Shown here: piece after piece, positions 1-8,664 of the stretch
Position numbering within the stretch: position 1 is the first letter of the stretch
How the letters are laid out: each line of letters starts with the position of its first letter
Source: Frankiales bacterium
GTDB lineage: Bacteria > Actinomycetota > Actinomycetes > Mycobacteriales > SCTD01
Assembly: GCA_025465465.1 (NCBI GenBank)
Contig: JAODND010000034.1
Span: 8,099 to 72,098 of the forward strand
Reading direction: 5' to 3'
Length of the DNA: 64,000 nt
Notes under the pieces: generated by a model
Told to the model about the DNA's origin: nothing
The model's database searches: none
The model's input: only the letters and a program-made list of their open reading frames with translations
Translations under genes and position numbers: made by a program

Positions 1-408
1 GCACGCCGCGTGCCACTCGGCGTAGGCGGTGGCGGCCGTGGCCTGGTCCCAGTAGTCCTCCTCGCGCCTGAACAGGCCGTCCCCGCCGTAGGTCAGCACG
101 GTGAGGCCGGCGAAGTCGATGGGCGGCTGCTCCGGGTCGGGGTGGAAGTAGCGGTTCCACATGTCGAACACGACGCGGTCGCCCGCCACGATGTACCAGT
201 TGAGGACGGCGTGGACGTCGTAGGAGACGGCCATCAGCTCGGTGATCCAGGTGCGGACCGCCTCGCGCCCCTGCATCGTCCCGAGCTGCCGCTCGACGTA
301 GTCGACGTCCTCAGTGAGGTGGTTCGCCCACGCGTCCCAGTCCTCGTTGGTCGCCCCCGTCATCCAGAACGCGTGGAACGCCTGCTCGATCTCGGTGTCG
401 AGGCTCAC
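1..408 (-). CDS. SnoaL-like / NTF2-superfamily protein, partial (C-terminus beyond window edge)
   Basis: Not in the ORF track because it has no stop inside the window. Minus-strand reading from GTG (408..406) gives VSLDTEIEQAFHAFWMTGATNEDWDAWANHLTEDVDYVERQLGTMQGREAVRTWITELMAVSYDVHAVLNWYIVAGDRVVFDMWNRYFHPD... The GTG overlaps the TGA of the upstream reductase (GTGA). Confidence 0.55.
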   Translation of the reverse strand, partial: MSLDTEIEQAFHAFWMTGATNEDWDAWANHLTEDVDYVERQLGTMQGREAVRTWITELMAVSYDVHAVLNWYIVAGDRVVFDMWNRYFHPDPEQPPIDFAGLTVLTYGGDGLFRREEDYWDQATAATAYAEWHAAC

Positions 409-1337
409 GCGATCTCCCGCAGGGCGGCCGCGTCCTCGGCAGTGGGCACCCACTCGCCGGCCTTGACGTTGGCGCGCACCTGCTCGGCACTGGTGGCACC
501 GGCGATCACCGAGGCGACAGCGGGCCGAGCAGCAAGTCCGCCGATGGCGACCTCGAGCAGGGTGATGCCGCGCTGCTCGGCAAAGCCGGCCAGCCGCTCG
601 ACCTTGTCGAAGTCGCGGTCGGACACCGAGATCCCCCACAGCTTGAGGCGGCTGCCCTCAGGGAGCTCGGCGCCGCGCTGGTACTTGCCGGTCAGCAGGC
701 CCGAGGCCAGCGGGAAGAAGGGCAGCAGCCCGATGCCGTACTCCTGCAGGGCAGGCACCAGCTCGGTCTCCACCTTGGTCTTCAGCAGGCTGTACTCGTT
801 CTGTGCGCTGATGAAGCGCTCGAAGCCGCGGGTCCGCGCGACCCAGTCGGCGTGGGCGGTCTGGAAGCCGCTGAAGTTCGAGTGCCCGACATAGCGGATC
901 TTGCCCTCGTGCACGAGGTCGTCGAGCGCGCCGAGCGTCTCCTCGACCGGTGTCTGCGGGTCGGGCCGGTGCAGCTGGTAGAGGTCGATCCAGTCGGTCT
1001 GCAGCCGGGTGAGCGAGGCCTCGACCGCGCGTCGGATGTAGCGGCGCGAACCCCTCGCACCCCAGTCCTTGCCGTTGTCGTTGCCGAGCCGGGTGACGTC
1101 ACTGCCGAACTTCGTGGCGAGCACGACGTCGTCGCGGCGGCCCTTGAGCAAGGCTCCGAGCCGCGCCTCTGACTGCCCGTAGGAGTCGGAGGTGTCGATG
1201 AGGGTGATGCCGCTGTCGAGGGCGGCGTCGAGGACGGCGCGGCAGCCCTCGTCGTCCAGCTTCATCCCGAAGTTGTTGGTCCCCAGACCGACGACGCTGA
1301 CAACGAGCCCGGACGTGCCGAGGCGGCGGAACTCCAT
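405..1337 (-). CDS. aldo/keto reductase family oxidoreductase
   Basis: 310-aa ORF. MEFRRLGTSGLVVSVVGLGTNNFG, IDTSDSYGQSE and GKIRYVGHSNF are typical AKR motifs. Confidence 0.9.
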   Translation of the reverse strand: MEFRRLGTSGLVVSVVGLGTNNFGMKLDDEGCRAVLDAALDSGITLIDTSDSYGQSEARLGALLKGRRDDVVLATKFGSDVTRLGNDNGKDWGARGSRRYIRRAVEASLTRLQTDWIDLYQLHRPDPQTPVEETLGALDDLVHEGKIRYVGHSNFSGFQTAHADWVARTRGFERFISAQNEYSLLKTKVETELVPALQEYGIGLLPFFPLASGLLTGKYQRGAELPEGSRLKLWGISVSDRDFDKVERLAGFAEQRGITLLEVAIGGLAARPAVASVIAGATSAEQVRANVKAGEWVPTAEDAAALREIA

Positions 1338-1352
1338 GACTGGAATGTAGCG

Positions 1353-2171
1353 TCAGCCCGCGAGCTCGGCCGCGAGCTTGGGCGACCAGATGACCCTCCC
1401 GAGGAAGCTGTCAGCTGCGGGATCCCTTGCCAGCCAGGCGATCACGCGCCCCGCCGCATCGTCGGGGGCGAGGTCGAAGCCCTGCCGCTCGATGTGGTCG
1501 GCACCACCGCGTGCGCGCATCGCCTCCGTGACGACGAAGCCGGGGTCGACGTTGAACGCGCGGATCCCGGTGCCGAGGTACTCCGCGTTGACCGCCCCGG
1601 CGAGCCGACCGACAGCCGCCTTGGACGCAGCGTACGCCAGACCCCAGCCGCCCTCGTCGGGCGGGGCCGGCGGGTCCGTCGTCGCGGAGCCACTGGCCAT
1701 CTGGACGATCGTCCCGGAGCCACGCTCGACCATCCCCGGCAGCACGACCTGCACCAGCGCGAGCTGGGCCAGGTAGTTGCCGCGCATCATCTGCTCGGCC
1801 ACCACGAGGTCCTGGGCGAGCACGCGCTCATGCCCGCCCTGCACGTGCACGATCGCGTTGTTCACCAGGAGGTCCACGCGCCCCCAGGTGTCGAGCACGG
1901 TGGCGGCAGCTGCCCGGACGCTGCCCAGGTCGAGAAGGTCCATGGCGACCGGCAGTGCGCGGCCACCGGCGCCCTCGACGAGCGCAGCGGTGGTCGCGAG
2001 GCTGCCCTCGACGCTGACGCCCCCCTCACCGTGCCGGGCGGGCACGGTCCCGGTGCCCTCCTCGACCGTCCGCGCGGTGAAGGCGACGTCCCAGCCCTCC
2101 CGGGCCAGGACGAGGGCGGTCTGGCGGCCGATGCCGCGGCTGGCACCGGTGACGAGTGCAACACGTTTCAC
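1353..2171 (-). CDS. short-chain dehydrogenase/reductase (SDR)
   Basis: VKRVALVTGASRGIGRQ (TGxxxGxG Rossmann motif) and YAASKAAV (YxxxK). The ORF-track start at 2312 would overlap the divergent gene, so GTG 2171 is preferred (ATG 2207 is an alternative). Confidence 0.85.
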   Translation of the reverse strand: MKRVALVTGASRGIGRQTALVLAREGWDVAFTARTVEEGTGTVPARHGEGGVSVEGSLATTAALVEGAGGRALPVAMDLLDLGSVRAAAATVLDTWGRVDLLVNNAIVHVQGGHERVLAQDLVVAEQMMRGNYLAQLALVQVVLPGMVERGSGTIVQMASGSATTDPPAPPDEGGWGLAYAASKAAVGRLAGAVNAEYLGTGIRAFNVDPGFVVTEAMRARGGADHIERQGFDLAPDDAAGRVIAWLARDPAADSFLGRVIWSPKLAAELAG

Positions 2172-2190
2172 ATGTGGGAGCGTGCCAGGC

Positions 2191-3051
2191 GTGAAGTACG
2201 CCGTCATCGCCCCCAGCACCACCGGTGTGTCCGCCGACCCCGCCTGGATCACGGCGTATGCCCAGCAGGCCGAGGCCCTGGGCTTCGAGTCGCTGGTCGT
2301 CGTCGAGCACACCGTGGTCGTCCGTGGCTACCAGAGCAGCTACCCGTACGACGCCTCGGGACAGATGGGCATCGCCGACGACGGCGACCTCCCGGACCCG
2401 CTGCAGCTGCTGGCCTTCCTCGCCGGCCAGACCACGGAGCTCGGTCTCGCGACCGGTGTGCTGATCTTGCCCAACCACCACCCGGTGCCGCTGGCGAAGC
2501 GGGTGGCGACCCTCGCCGCGCTGTCGGGAGGTCGGGTGCGGCTGGGCATCGGCATGGGCTGGATGCGCGAGGAGCTCGAGGCCTGTGGCGCGCCGTTCGA
2601 CGCCCGCGGGCGGCGCGCTGACGAGCAGATCGAGGTGCTCCGCAAGCTCTGGAGCGGGGAGCCTGTCGATCACGACGGAGAGTTCTTCTCCTTCCACCAG
2701 GCGATCTGCCGCCCCGCGGGCCAGGTGCCGATCCACGTCGGGGGTCACACCGTCGCGGCAGCCCGACGTGCCGGGCGGCTCGGTGACGGCCTGCAGCCCC
2801 TGGGCGTCGCGGGTGACGACCTGCGCCGGCTCGTCGACGAGATGCACAGCGCCGCCTCCGACGCCGGACGCGATCCCGCCGCTCTCGAGCTCTCGCTGGG
2901 CCACCTGGTCGCTCGCGTCGACGAGGCGAAGGCGATGCGGATGGCGGCGCTCGGTGCCCACCGGGTCGTTCTGGACCCGACTCCTACGACCGACCTGTCC
3001 GCAGCCCTCGACGAGCTGACGGCCTGCGCCTCCCGGCTCGGGCTCACATGA
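2191..3051 (+). CDS. luciferase-like monooxygenase (LLM) class, probable F420-dependent oxidoreductase
   Basis: From GTG 2191: VKYAVIAPSTTGVSADPAWITAYAQQAEALGFESLVVVEHTVV...LPNHHPVPLAKRVATLAALSGGRVRLGIGMGW. The part of ORF 1777..3051 upstream of 2191 is antisense to the SDR and judged non-coding. Confidence 0.8.
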   Translation: MKYAVIAPSTTGVSADPAWITAYAQQAEALGFESLVVVEHTVVVRGYQSSYPYDASGQMGIADDGDLPDPLQLLAFLAGQTTELGLATGVLILPNHHPVPLAKRVATLAALSGGRVRLGIGMGWMREELEACGAPFDARGRRADEQIEVLRKLWSGEPVDHDGEFFSFHQAICRPAGQVPIHVGGHTVAAARRAGRLGDGLQPLGVAGDDLRRLVDEMHSAASDAGRDPAALELSLGHLVARVDEAKAMRMAALGAHRVVLDPTPTTDLSAALDELTACASRLGLT

Positions 3052-3449
3052 CCTGGGAGCTGTCCCAGCTCGTCCACCGCTACGCCGCGTCGATCGACGA
3101 CCGCCGCTCGGTCGTACCGCTGTTCACCCCGGACGGGGTGCTCGTCACACCCGACCCCCCGACGGTGCTCGACCCGGTCCACGAGCACGTCGGCCCCGAG
3201 GCGATCGCCGCCGCCACCAGCGGGCTGCCCCGCACCTTCCACGCGATCGTGGGGGAGGTGTACGACGGTGAGCGCGGCCGGATCGCCTGCGTCGCGCACC
3301 ACGTCATCGACAACAAGACGGACCTGGTCTGGCACCTGAGGTACCTCGACGACTACCGCCAGGTCGACGGGGTGTGGCTGATCGCGCGGCGCCGGCTGTC
3401 GATCGACCTCATCGAGACGCGGCCCCTGAAGCGCGCCAGAACACCGTGA
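3048..3449 (+). CDS. SnoaL-like (NTF2-fold) domain protein
   Basis: 133-aa ORF. The ATG overlaps the LLM stop (ATGA). MTWELSQLVHRYAASIDDRR...VWHLRYLDDYRQVDGVWLIARRRL is typical of the SnoaL_4 fold. Confidence 0.6.
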   Translation: MTWELSQLVHRYAASIDDRRSVVPLFTPDGVLVTPDPPTVLDPVHEHVGPEAIAAATSGLPRTFHAIVGEVYDGERGRIACVAHHVIDNKTDLVWHLRYLDDYRQVDGVWLIARRRLSIDLIETRPLKRARTP

Positions 3450-3462
3450 CAGACCACCTGAG

Positions 3463-3551
3463 CGGAGGGTGTGGGATTTGAACCCACGAGACGGGATCAA
3501 CCGTCTGGCCGCTTTCAAGGCGGCTGCACTCGTCCACTATGCGAACCCTCC
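3463..3551 (-). tRNA. tRNA-Ser (anticodon UGA)
   Basis: The reverse complement reads GGAGGGTTCGCATAGTGGACGAGTGCAGCCGCCTTGAAAGCGGCCAGACGGTTGATCCCGTCTCGTGGGTTCAAATCCCACACCCTCCG. It has a 7-bp acceptor stem, anticodon stem GCCGC/GCGGC with loop CTTGAAA, a long variable arm and a GGTTCAAATCC T-loop. Confidence 0.9.
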
Positions 3552-3636
3552 CGGGTGCGGCCCAGCCTAATCGGGGGCCGCCGGTCGGATCCCGCAGCGG
3601 AACGGTTGATTCCGACGACAACCCAGCACTCACCTC

Positions 3637-5616
3637 GTGAACGCACACGAGATGGGGCTTTCCATGCGGGCTCGAGCAACAGGCTTCTTCGTGCTGGCAC
3701 TGGTGGCGTCGGGGTGCACGTCCACGCCGCACCCGACGACGCACGGCGGACGGCCAGCACCACTGGCCAGAGCCGTCGCGACCGGCCTCCAGCAGTTCGG
3801 CGACTGCGCGCAGCTGACCCGCGCGATCCGCGGCGAGGCCCTCAAGGAGGTCACCGCCTATGGCCTCCAAGCGCCTCAGCTGATGTATGGCCGCGGGTCC
3901 GGTGTGATGGGCGTGGACGACCGGAGCACCTTGGCCAGCACCGGGATGGCGGCTGCCGGCGGGCTGCCCATGCCCGCGCCCGAGAAGGCGGCCCAGGCCG
4001 CGGCGCCGGCAGCGGGGCCGGGCTTCTCGGGCACCAACAACCAGGAAGCCGGCGTCGACGAGCCCGACCTGGTCAAGACCAACGGCACCGTCATGCTGGT
4101 GCTGCGCCAGCAGGCCGCGGTCCTGCAGCTCATCGACGTGCATGGCGCGCACCCGGCGCTGCTCTCGAAGCTGCCCGTCGCCCTCCACAGCGAGCTGTCG
4201 ATGCTGCTGTCCGGGACGACGGTGGTGGTCCTCGGCCAGCGCTACGAGGGCAACAGCAACGTGACGACGGCTGAGGTCTACGACATCGCCGACCCGACGG
4301 CACCCGTGCACCTGCGCACGTTCCGGATCAAGGGGCAGCTGCTCGACGCGCGCTTCGTGCACGGCCGGGTCGTCCTGGCGACGCAGACCGTCCCCTCCCT
4401 GCGCTTCGTCTACCCCGGCGGCCCCACGACGCAGGCCGGCGCACTCGCCGCCAACCGGATGGTCATCTCGCGCGCCGACGCAAGCAGCTGGCTGCCCGCC
4501 GTCGTCGTGACGCCGCACCGCCGGACCTACCAGGCCCAGTGCGACGCCGCCTACCACCCGGCAGCCGCCTCCGGCACGGGCACGACCTCGATCGTCACGC
4601 TCGACCCGCAGGCTGACGCCCCGACCCAGAACCTCACCGTCGTCGGTGGCAGCAACGTGCTCTACGCGAGTGAGTCCACGCTCTACCTCGCGACCTCGTC
4701 GTGGCGCGACCAGCTCACCCTGGTGCGCGGCCGCGGGGCCGGCGTCACCACCGCACTGCACGGGTTCGACCTGACCGACCCGGACCACCTGCGGTTCCTC
4801 GGCTCCGGCTCCGTCCCCGGGAGCCTCACCGACCAGTACTCGCTGTCGGACCAGCACGGCTACCTGCGCGTCGCCACGACGATCGGCGACCCGCAGCCAC
4901 CCACGGGCGAAGGCATCCAGCCGGCGAAGGGGCAGCTGTCCGACAACCGCATCACGGTGCTCCACCCGACCGGGGGGCAGCTGGCGCAGGTGGGCGTCCT
5001 CACCGGCCTCGGCCGCGGGCAGCGCATCTACGGTGTCCGCTTCCTCGGAGACGTCGGCTACGTCGTCACGTTCCGCACCATCGACCCGCTCTACGCCATC
5101 GACCTCTCTGACCCCCGGCACCCGGCCGTGAAGGGTGCCCTCCACGTCAGCGGCTACTCGTCGACGCTGTTTCCGCTGGCGGACGGGCAGCTGCTCGGGA
5201 TCGGCCAGGCCGTCGGCGCCCGCCAGCAGCAGCTGGGTGCCCAGGCCGAGGTGTTCGACGTCTCGCAGCTCGCCCACCCGAGGCTCACCGGCAAGCTGGT
5301 CTACCCCCAGGCCGCGAGCTCCGCCGAGAACGACCACCACGCACTGCTGTGGTGGGGGCCGGCGCACCTCGTCGTGATGCCGCTGCAGACCTGGACCAAC
5401 GGCTCGTCGCAGGCACTCGTGCTCAAGGTCGAGACCGGGGGCACGCTCAAGGAGCTCGGCCGCATCTCTGCGCCGCACTCGGCAGGGACCTACGGAAGTG
5501 CGCAGATCACCAGGTCCGTCGTGGTCGGGAACCTGCTCTACTCGGTGACGGACGGCGGTCTCGTCGTCAACCCGCTCGACGAGGTGGACCGGCAGACGTG
5601 GCTTCCCTTCGCCTGA
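3637..5616 (+). CDS. secreted lipoprotein with beta-propeller domain (Beta_propel-like)
   Basis: The signal peptide carries a lipobox (FFVLALVASGC). The C-terminal half carries GYVVTFRTIDPLYAIDLSDPRHPAVKGALHVSGYSSTLFPL, characteristic of the beta-propeller-domain secreted protein family. Confidence 0.75.
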   Translation: MNAHEMGLSMRARATGFFVLALVASGCTSTPHPTTHGGRPAPLARAVATGLQQFGDCAQLTRAIRGEALKEVTAYGLQAPQLMYGRGSGVMGVDDRSTLASTGMAAAGGLPMPAPEKAAQAAAPAAGPGFSGTNNQEAGVDEPDLVKTNGTVMLVLRQQAAVLQLIDVHGAHPALLSKLPVALHSELSMLLSGTTVVVLGQRYEGNSNVTTAEVYDIADPTAPVHLRTFRIKGQLLDARFVHGRVVLATQTVPSLRFVYPGGPTTQAGALAANRMVISRADASSWLPAVVVTPHRRTYQAQCDAAYHPAAASGTGTTSIVTLDPQADAPTQNLTVVGGSNVLYASESTLYLATSSWRDQLTLVRGRGAGVTTALHGFDLTDPDHLRFLGSGSVPGSLTDQYSLSDQHGYLRVATTIGDPQPPTGEGIQPAKGQLSDNRITVLHPTGGQLAQVGVLTGLGRGQRIYGVRFLGDVGYVVTFRTIDPLYAIDLSDPRHPAVKGALHVSGYSSTLFPLADGQLLGIGQAVGARQQQLGAQAEVFDVSQLAHPRLTGKLVYPQAASSAENDHHALLWWGPAHLVVMPLQTWTNGSSQALVLKVETGGTLKELGRISAPHSAGTYGSAQITRSVVVGNLLYSVTDGGLVVNPLDEVDRQTWLPFA

Positions 5617-6173
5617 CCCACGCGGCTCGCGATGATGCTCGCAACGATGACAGTGCGCTGCTACGAGCCGCCGCACAGGGGCAGCCCGACGCCGTGCGGT
5701 GGCTGCTCGACGAGGTGGCTCCCATCGTGCACGGGTTCGTGTGGGCCCGCGTGGGTGGCGACCGGCTGGTCACCGAGGACCTGCTGCAGGAAACCCTGCT
5801 CGAAGCGGTCGCCTCAGCCGGCAGCTTCCGTGGCGACTCGGCTGTGTCGACCTGGATGTGCGGGATCGCCCGGCACCGCATCGCGAGGCACTGGGAACGC
5901 GAGCGCCGCGACGAGGTGCTGCAGTCGCGACTGCGCGCGGTCAGCGACGATGTCGAGGACCGGGAGGAGGCCCTGCTCCGGCGGGAGGAGGTCGCGGCAG
6001 CCCTCGGGCGGTTGCCGGCGATGCACCGTCAGGTGCTCGTCCTGAAGTACCTCGACGGCTTGGCCGTTCAGGAGATCGCCGGCCAGATCGGCCGCACCCG
6101 GGTGCAGGTGCAGTCCCTGCTGCAGCGCGCCCGGGACGGACTGCGCACCGAGCTGGGGGATGACCATGGCTGA
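5598..6173 (+). CDS. ECF-type RNA polymerase sigma-70 family factor
   Basis: Region 2 (VHGFVWARVGGDRLVTEDLLQETLLEAV...STWMCGIARHRIARHWERERR) and region 4 HTH (VLVLKYLDGLAVQEIAGQIGRTRVQVQSLLQRARDGL). The first in-frame canonical start near the domain is GTG 5598, which overlaps the end of the upstream gene. The start is uncertain. Confidence 0.8.
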   Translation: MASLRLTHAARDDARNDDSALLRAAAQGQPDAVRWLLDEVAPIVHGFVWARVGGDRLVTEDLLQETLLEAVASAGSFRGDSAVSTWMCGIARHRIARHWERERRDEVLQSRLRAVSDDVEDREEALLRREEVAAALGRLPAMHRQVLVLKYLDGLAVQEIAGQIGRTRVQVQSLLQRARDGLRTELGDDHG

Positions 6174-6840
6174 GCCCTCGAACGAGCTCGCCGGGATGGA
6201 CGCCCCACGGCCGCTGCCGGCTGACCTCAGAGCCCGGCTCGAGGAGCAGCTCCTCGCCGGACTGGACGAGCCCCGGCCGCTGGAAGCCGCGCACCGCAAC
6301 GCCCTCGCCCGCGCCCTGCCCCGCCCGCGGCGCACGCGGTACGTGGCGCCGGGTGCCGCAGCGGCCGCGATCGTCGTCGCGGTCGGCGTCGTGCTGCTGA
6401 GCGACGGCAAGACCACACCTCCCAGGCACGCAGCCGTCGCACCCGTGCAGTCGACGGTCTCCACCGCAGCAGGCGAGACGACCACGACGTCCGACCAGGA
6501 GGCCGGTGCCCCCGTCCCCGTCCCCGTCCCCGCCCCCGCCCCCACGACGGTCCTCGATGCCGGCTCGCCGTTGAAGGCAGTGGCACTGAGGCTGCAGCTC
6601 TCGCCATCGACCGGTCCGCTGAGCGGCAGCCTGACGCAGCTGTCGGGGCCACGGCTCGCCACCGTCACGCAGGTGCTCTTCGGTGGAGTCGCCGGCAGCG
6701 GGATCGTGGTGCACGCTGACGGCACGCTGACGGTGCGGACCCCGCCCGCCCCCAGCGCCCGGTCGGTCGACGTCACGGTCGTGCGGGCCGACGGTTCGCG
6801 CCTGACGGCTCCGTCCGGCTACCGCTACCGGGCGGCGTAG
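6160..6840 (+). CDS. single-pass membrane protein with extracytoplasmic IPT/TIG-like domain (possible atypical anti-sigma factor)
   Basis: The ATG overlaps the sigma gene by 14 nt. Layout: a 65-aa cytoplasmic N-terminus, a TM segment (AAAAIVVAVGVVLL), a Pro/Thr linker (PVPVPVPAPAPT), then LSPSTGPLSGSLTQLSGPRLATVTQVLFGGVAGSGIVVHADGTLTVRTPPAPSARSVDVTVV, which is IPT/TIG-like. Confidence 0.5.
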   Translation: MTMAEPSNELAGMDAPRPLPADLRARLEEQLLAGLDEPRPLEAAHRNALARALPRPRRTRYVAPGAAAAAIVVAVGVVLLSDGKTTPPRHAAVAPVQSTVSTAAGETTTTSDQEAGAPVPVPVPAPAPTTVLDAGSPLKAVALRLQLSPSTGPLSGSLTQLSGPRLATVTQVLFGGVAGSGIVVHADGTLTVRTPPAPSARSVDVTVVRADGSRLTAPSGYRYRAA

Positions 6841-6844
6841 CGGG

Positions 6845-7135
6845 TCAGGCCTCGTCGAAGACCACGTCGAGGTTGTGGAAGCGCGGCGGTCCGTCGCCGA
6901 GCGCCATCATCGTGGCCGCCAGCGCCTGCGTCTCCGGCATCTCCGAGTTCTTCATCGCGTCCTCGTACGACGGGAAGAACACGATGTTCACGTAGTGGCC
7001 GGGGTTGTCGCGGTCCGCCGCGAGGACACCCCTCGTCGCCGTGCGTCGACCCTCTGTCGAAGCGCGGTACTCGTCCACCGCCGCTCGGGCCTCGTCGAAG
7101 CGGCTGGTCTGGAACTCGATCAACTGGACGAACAC
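6845..7135 (-). CDS. small ABM-like (antibiotic biosynthesis monooxygenase fold) protein
   Basis: 96-aa ORF MFVQLIEFQTSRFDEARAAVDEYR...GHYVNIVFFPSYEDAMKNSE, resembling a ferredoxin-like ABM fold. The assignment is tentative. Confidence 0.5.
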   Translation of the reverse strand: MFVQLIEFQTSRFDEARAAVDEYRASTEGRRTATRGVLAADRDNPGHYVNIVFFPSYEDAMKNSEMPETQALAATMMALGDGPPRFHNLDVVFDEA

Positions 7136-7230
7136 GGCATCCCCCTCGGAGTCTCGGTGGTCCTCTCTCTACTCCTCCCGCGCGGGTTGCAACAGGGTCG
7201 TCGCGAGCGGTCGGTCGACCGAGAGGCGCC

Positions 7231-8631
7231 TCAACGGGCCGTGGCCACCAGCTCCGACAGCGCCCCGCGAAGGTGCTCGGCCAGCACGTCGAGGTCAGGG
7301 ACCGCGTCCGCGTCGGCGATCAGTCCGTAGGTCACGTGCCCGCAATAGCTCATGACCGCGACAGCCAGCTGGTGCTCGGGTGCGAGGAACGCGAGCGGGA
7401 CCAGCTCCTCGAGCTGCCGCCCCAGCAGGTAGATGGGGAACTGCGGGCCGGGGACGTTGGTGACCAGCAGGTTGTAGAGCCGGGACGAGAAGCCGAGGCG
7501 TGAGGCACGGGCCAGCATGGCCGGCGGCAGCGCGTTCTCGAGCGAGGTGAGGACCTTCGCGCCCTCTGCCTGCTTCGAGCTCTTGAGGTCCTCCATCGCG
7601 GCACGAACCGCCGCGAGCCGGGCGGACGGGTCTGCCAGCCCGACCGGGAGCGACGCGTTCATGATGGCGATCTCGTTGCCCAGGGCACCGCGCTTGGAGT
7701 CGGGCCGCAGCGACACCGGGACGCAGGCGCGAAGCGACAGCCCCTCCACCGCCACCCCACGGTCGCCGAGGAACCGACCCAGTGCACCGGCTACCGCAGC
7801 GAGCACGACGTCGTTCACGGTCGCGCCCCCCGACGAGGCCTTGACCAGCTTGTAGTCGGCCAGGTCGGTCTCGACGATGGCCACCCGACGGTGCGGTCCC
7901 GGCTTGGCGTTGAACGGGGTCTTGGGTGCTGCGGCGATGAGCGGCTTTGCGGCGTCGGCGAGCGCCGTGACCTTGCCGATCGTCGTGCGGACCGCCTCCT
8001 GCGGGTGCCGGGCCAGCCCGACGCCCTGACCGGCGAGCGTCGCGACGTTGCGGACCAGCCCGAGCGCTCCGGTGGTCAGCAGGTCGGCAGCTCCGGGGGT
8101 GGGCCTCGGCGACCAGGCGGGGGGCGGCTCGTCCTGCACATCGGGTGTGAGGTCGAACAGCACCGACATGAGGTCGACGCCGCTGACCCCGTCGACCATC
8201 GCGTGGTGCGTCTTCGCGACGAGTGCCCATTGGTCCACGCCGGCCACCTTCGCGAGCCCTTCGACGAGCCACATCTCCCACAGCGGCTTGCTGCGGTCGA
8301 GCCGCTGGCCGAGGACGCGGTCGACCAGGTTCAGCAGTTCGCGCTCGCCACCTGGACCGGGCAGGGCGGTGTGCCGCACGTGGAAGCCGAGGTCGAAGTG
8401 GACGTCCTCCACCCACACCGGCCGTCCGGTCCCCAGGGGCATCTCCTGCACGCGCTGCCGATAGCGCGGCAGCCGTGGCAGCCGCGCGTCGATGTGCCCG
8501 CGGAACGCCTCGATCGAAGGCGCCGGACCGGAGAAGACGCCCAGCGCGCCGATGTGCATGCGTGCCCCGCCCTCCTCCAGGTGGAGGAAGCCGGCGTCGA
8601 CACTGGTCAGCCTGTCCAGGTGTCCCTGCAT
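7231..8631 (-). CDS. wax ester synthase / diacylglycerol O-acyltransferase (WS/DGAT)
   Basis: 466 aa. N-terminal LTSVDAGFLHLE and the catalytic HHAMVDGVSG (HHxxxDG) motif. Confidence 0.9.
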   Translation of the reverse strand: MQGHLDRLTSVDAGFLHLEEGGARMHIGALGVFSGPAPSIEAFRGHIDARLPRLPRYRQRVQEMPLGTGRPVWVEDVHFDLGFHVRHTALPGPGGERELLNLVDRVLGQRLDRSKPLWEMWLVEGLAKVAGVDQWALVAKTHHAMVDGVSGVDLMSVLFDLTPDVQDEPPPAWSPRPTPGAADLLTTGALGLVRNVATLAGQGVGLARHPQEAVRTTIGKVTALADAAKPLIAAAPKTPFNAKPGPHRRVAIVETDLADYKLVKASSGGATVNDVVLAAVAGALGRFLGDRGVAVEGLSLRACVPVSLRPDSKRGALGNEIAIMNASLPVGLADPSARLAAVRAAMEDLKSSKQAEGAKVLTSLENALPPAMLARASRLGFSSRLYNLLVTNVPGPQFPIYLLGRQLEELVPLAFLAPEHQLAVAVMSYCGHVTYGLIADADAVPDLDVLAEHLRGALSELVATAR

Positions 8632-8664
8632 GGCAGGAATCTGCCATGAAACACAGGCGGCGCG

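Noticed and set aside
3599-3625. A GGAAC pentamer upstream of the beta-propeller gene as an ECF-type -35 element.
   Set aside because: No CGT- or GTT-type -10 sits at the expected 16-18 nt spacing, and a lone pentamer is not evidence for a promoter. It is mentioned only as a pointer in the ECF finding.
3900-3960. An LASTG pentapeptide in the beta-propeller lipoprotein (..RSTLASTGMAAAGG..), which looked like a second sortase E motif.
   Set aside because: It lies near the N-terminus and is not followed by a hydrophobic segment, a basic tail and a stop. It is therefore not a sorting signal.
3409-5676. 755-aa minus-strand ORF antisense to the beta-propeller gene. Similar very long ORFs: 7295-9604 (-), 26459-28918 (-), 35089-36849 (+, the upstream part of the 770-aa ORF), 43953-45626 (-), 46719-48719 (-), 49537-51732 (+), 54735-57014 (+).
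   Set aside because: Their translations are Arg/Pro/Gly/Ala-rich low-complexity sequence with no motifs. Each lies exactly opposite a gene with clear family motifs. Such stop-free antisense frames are expected in genomes above 70% GC.
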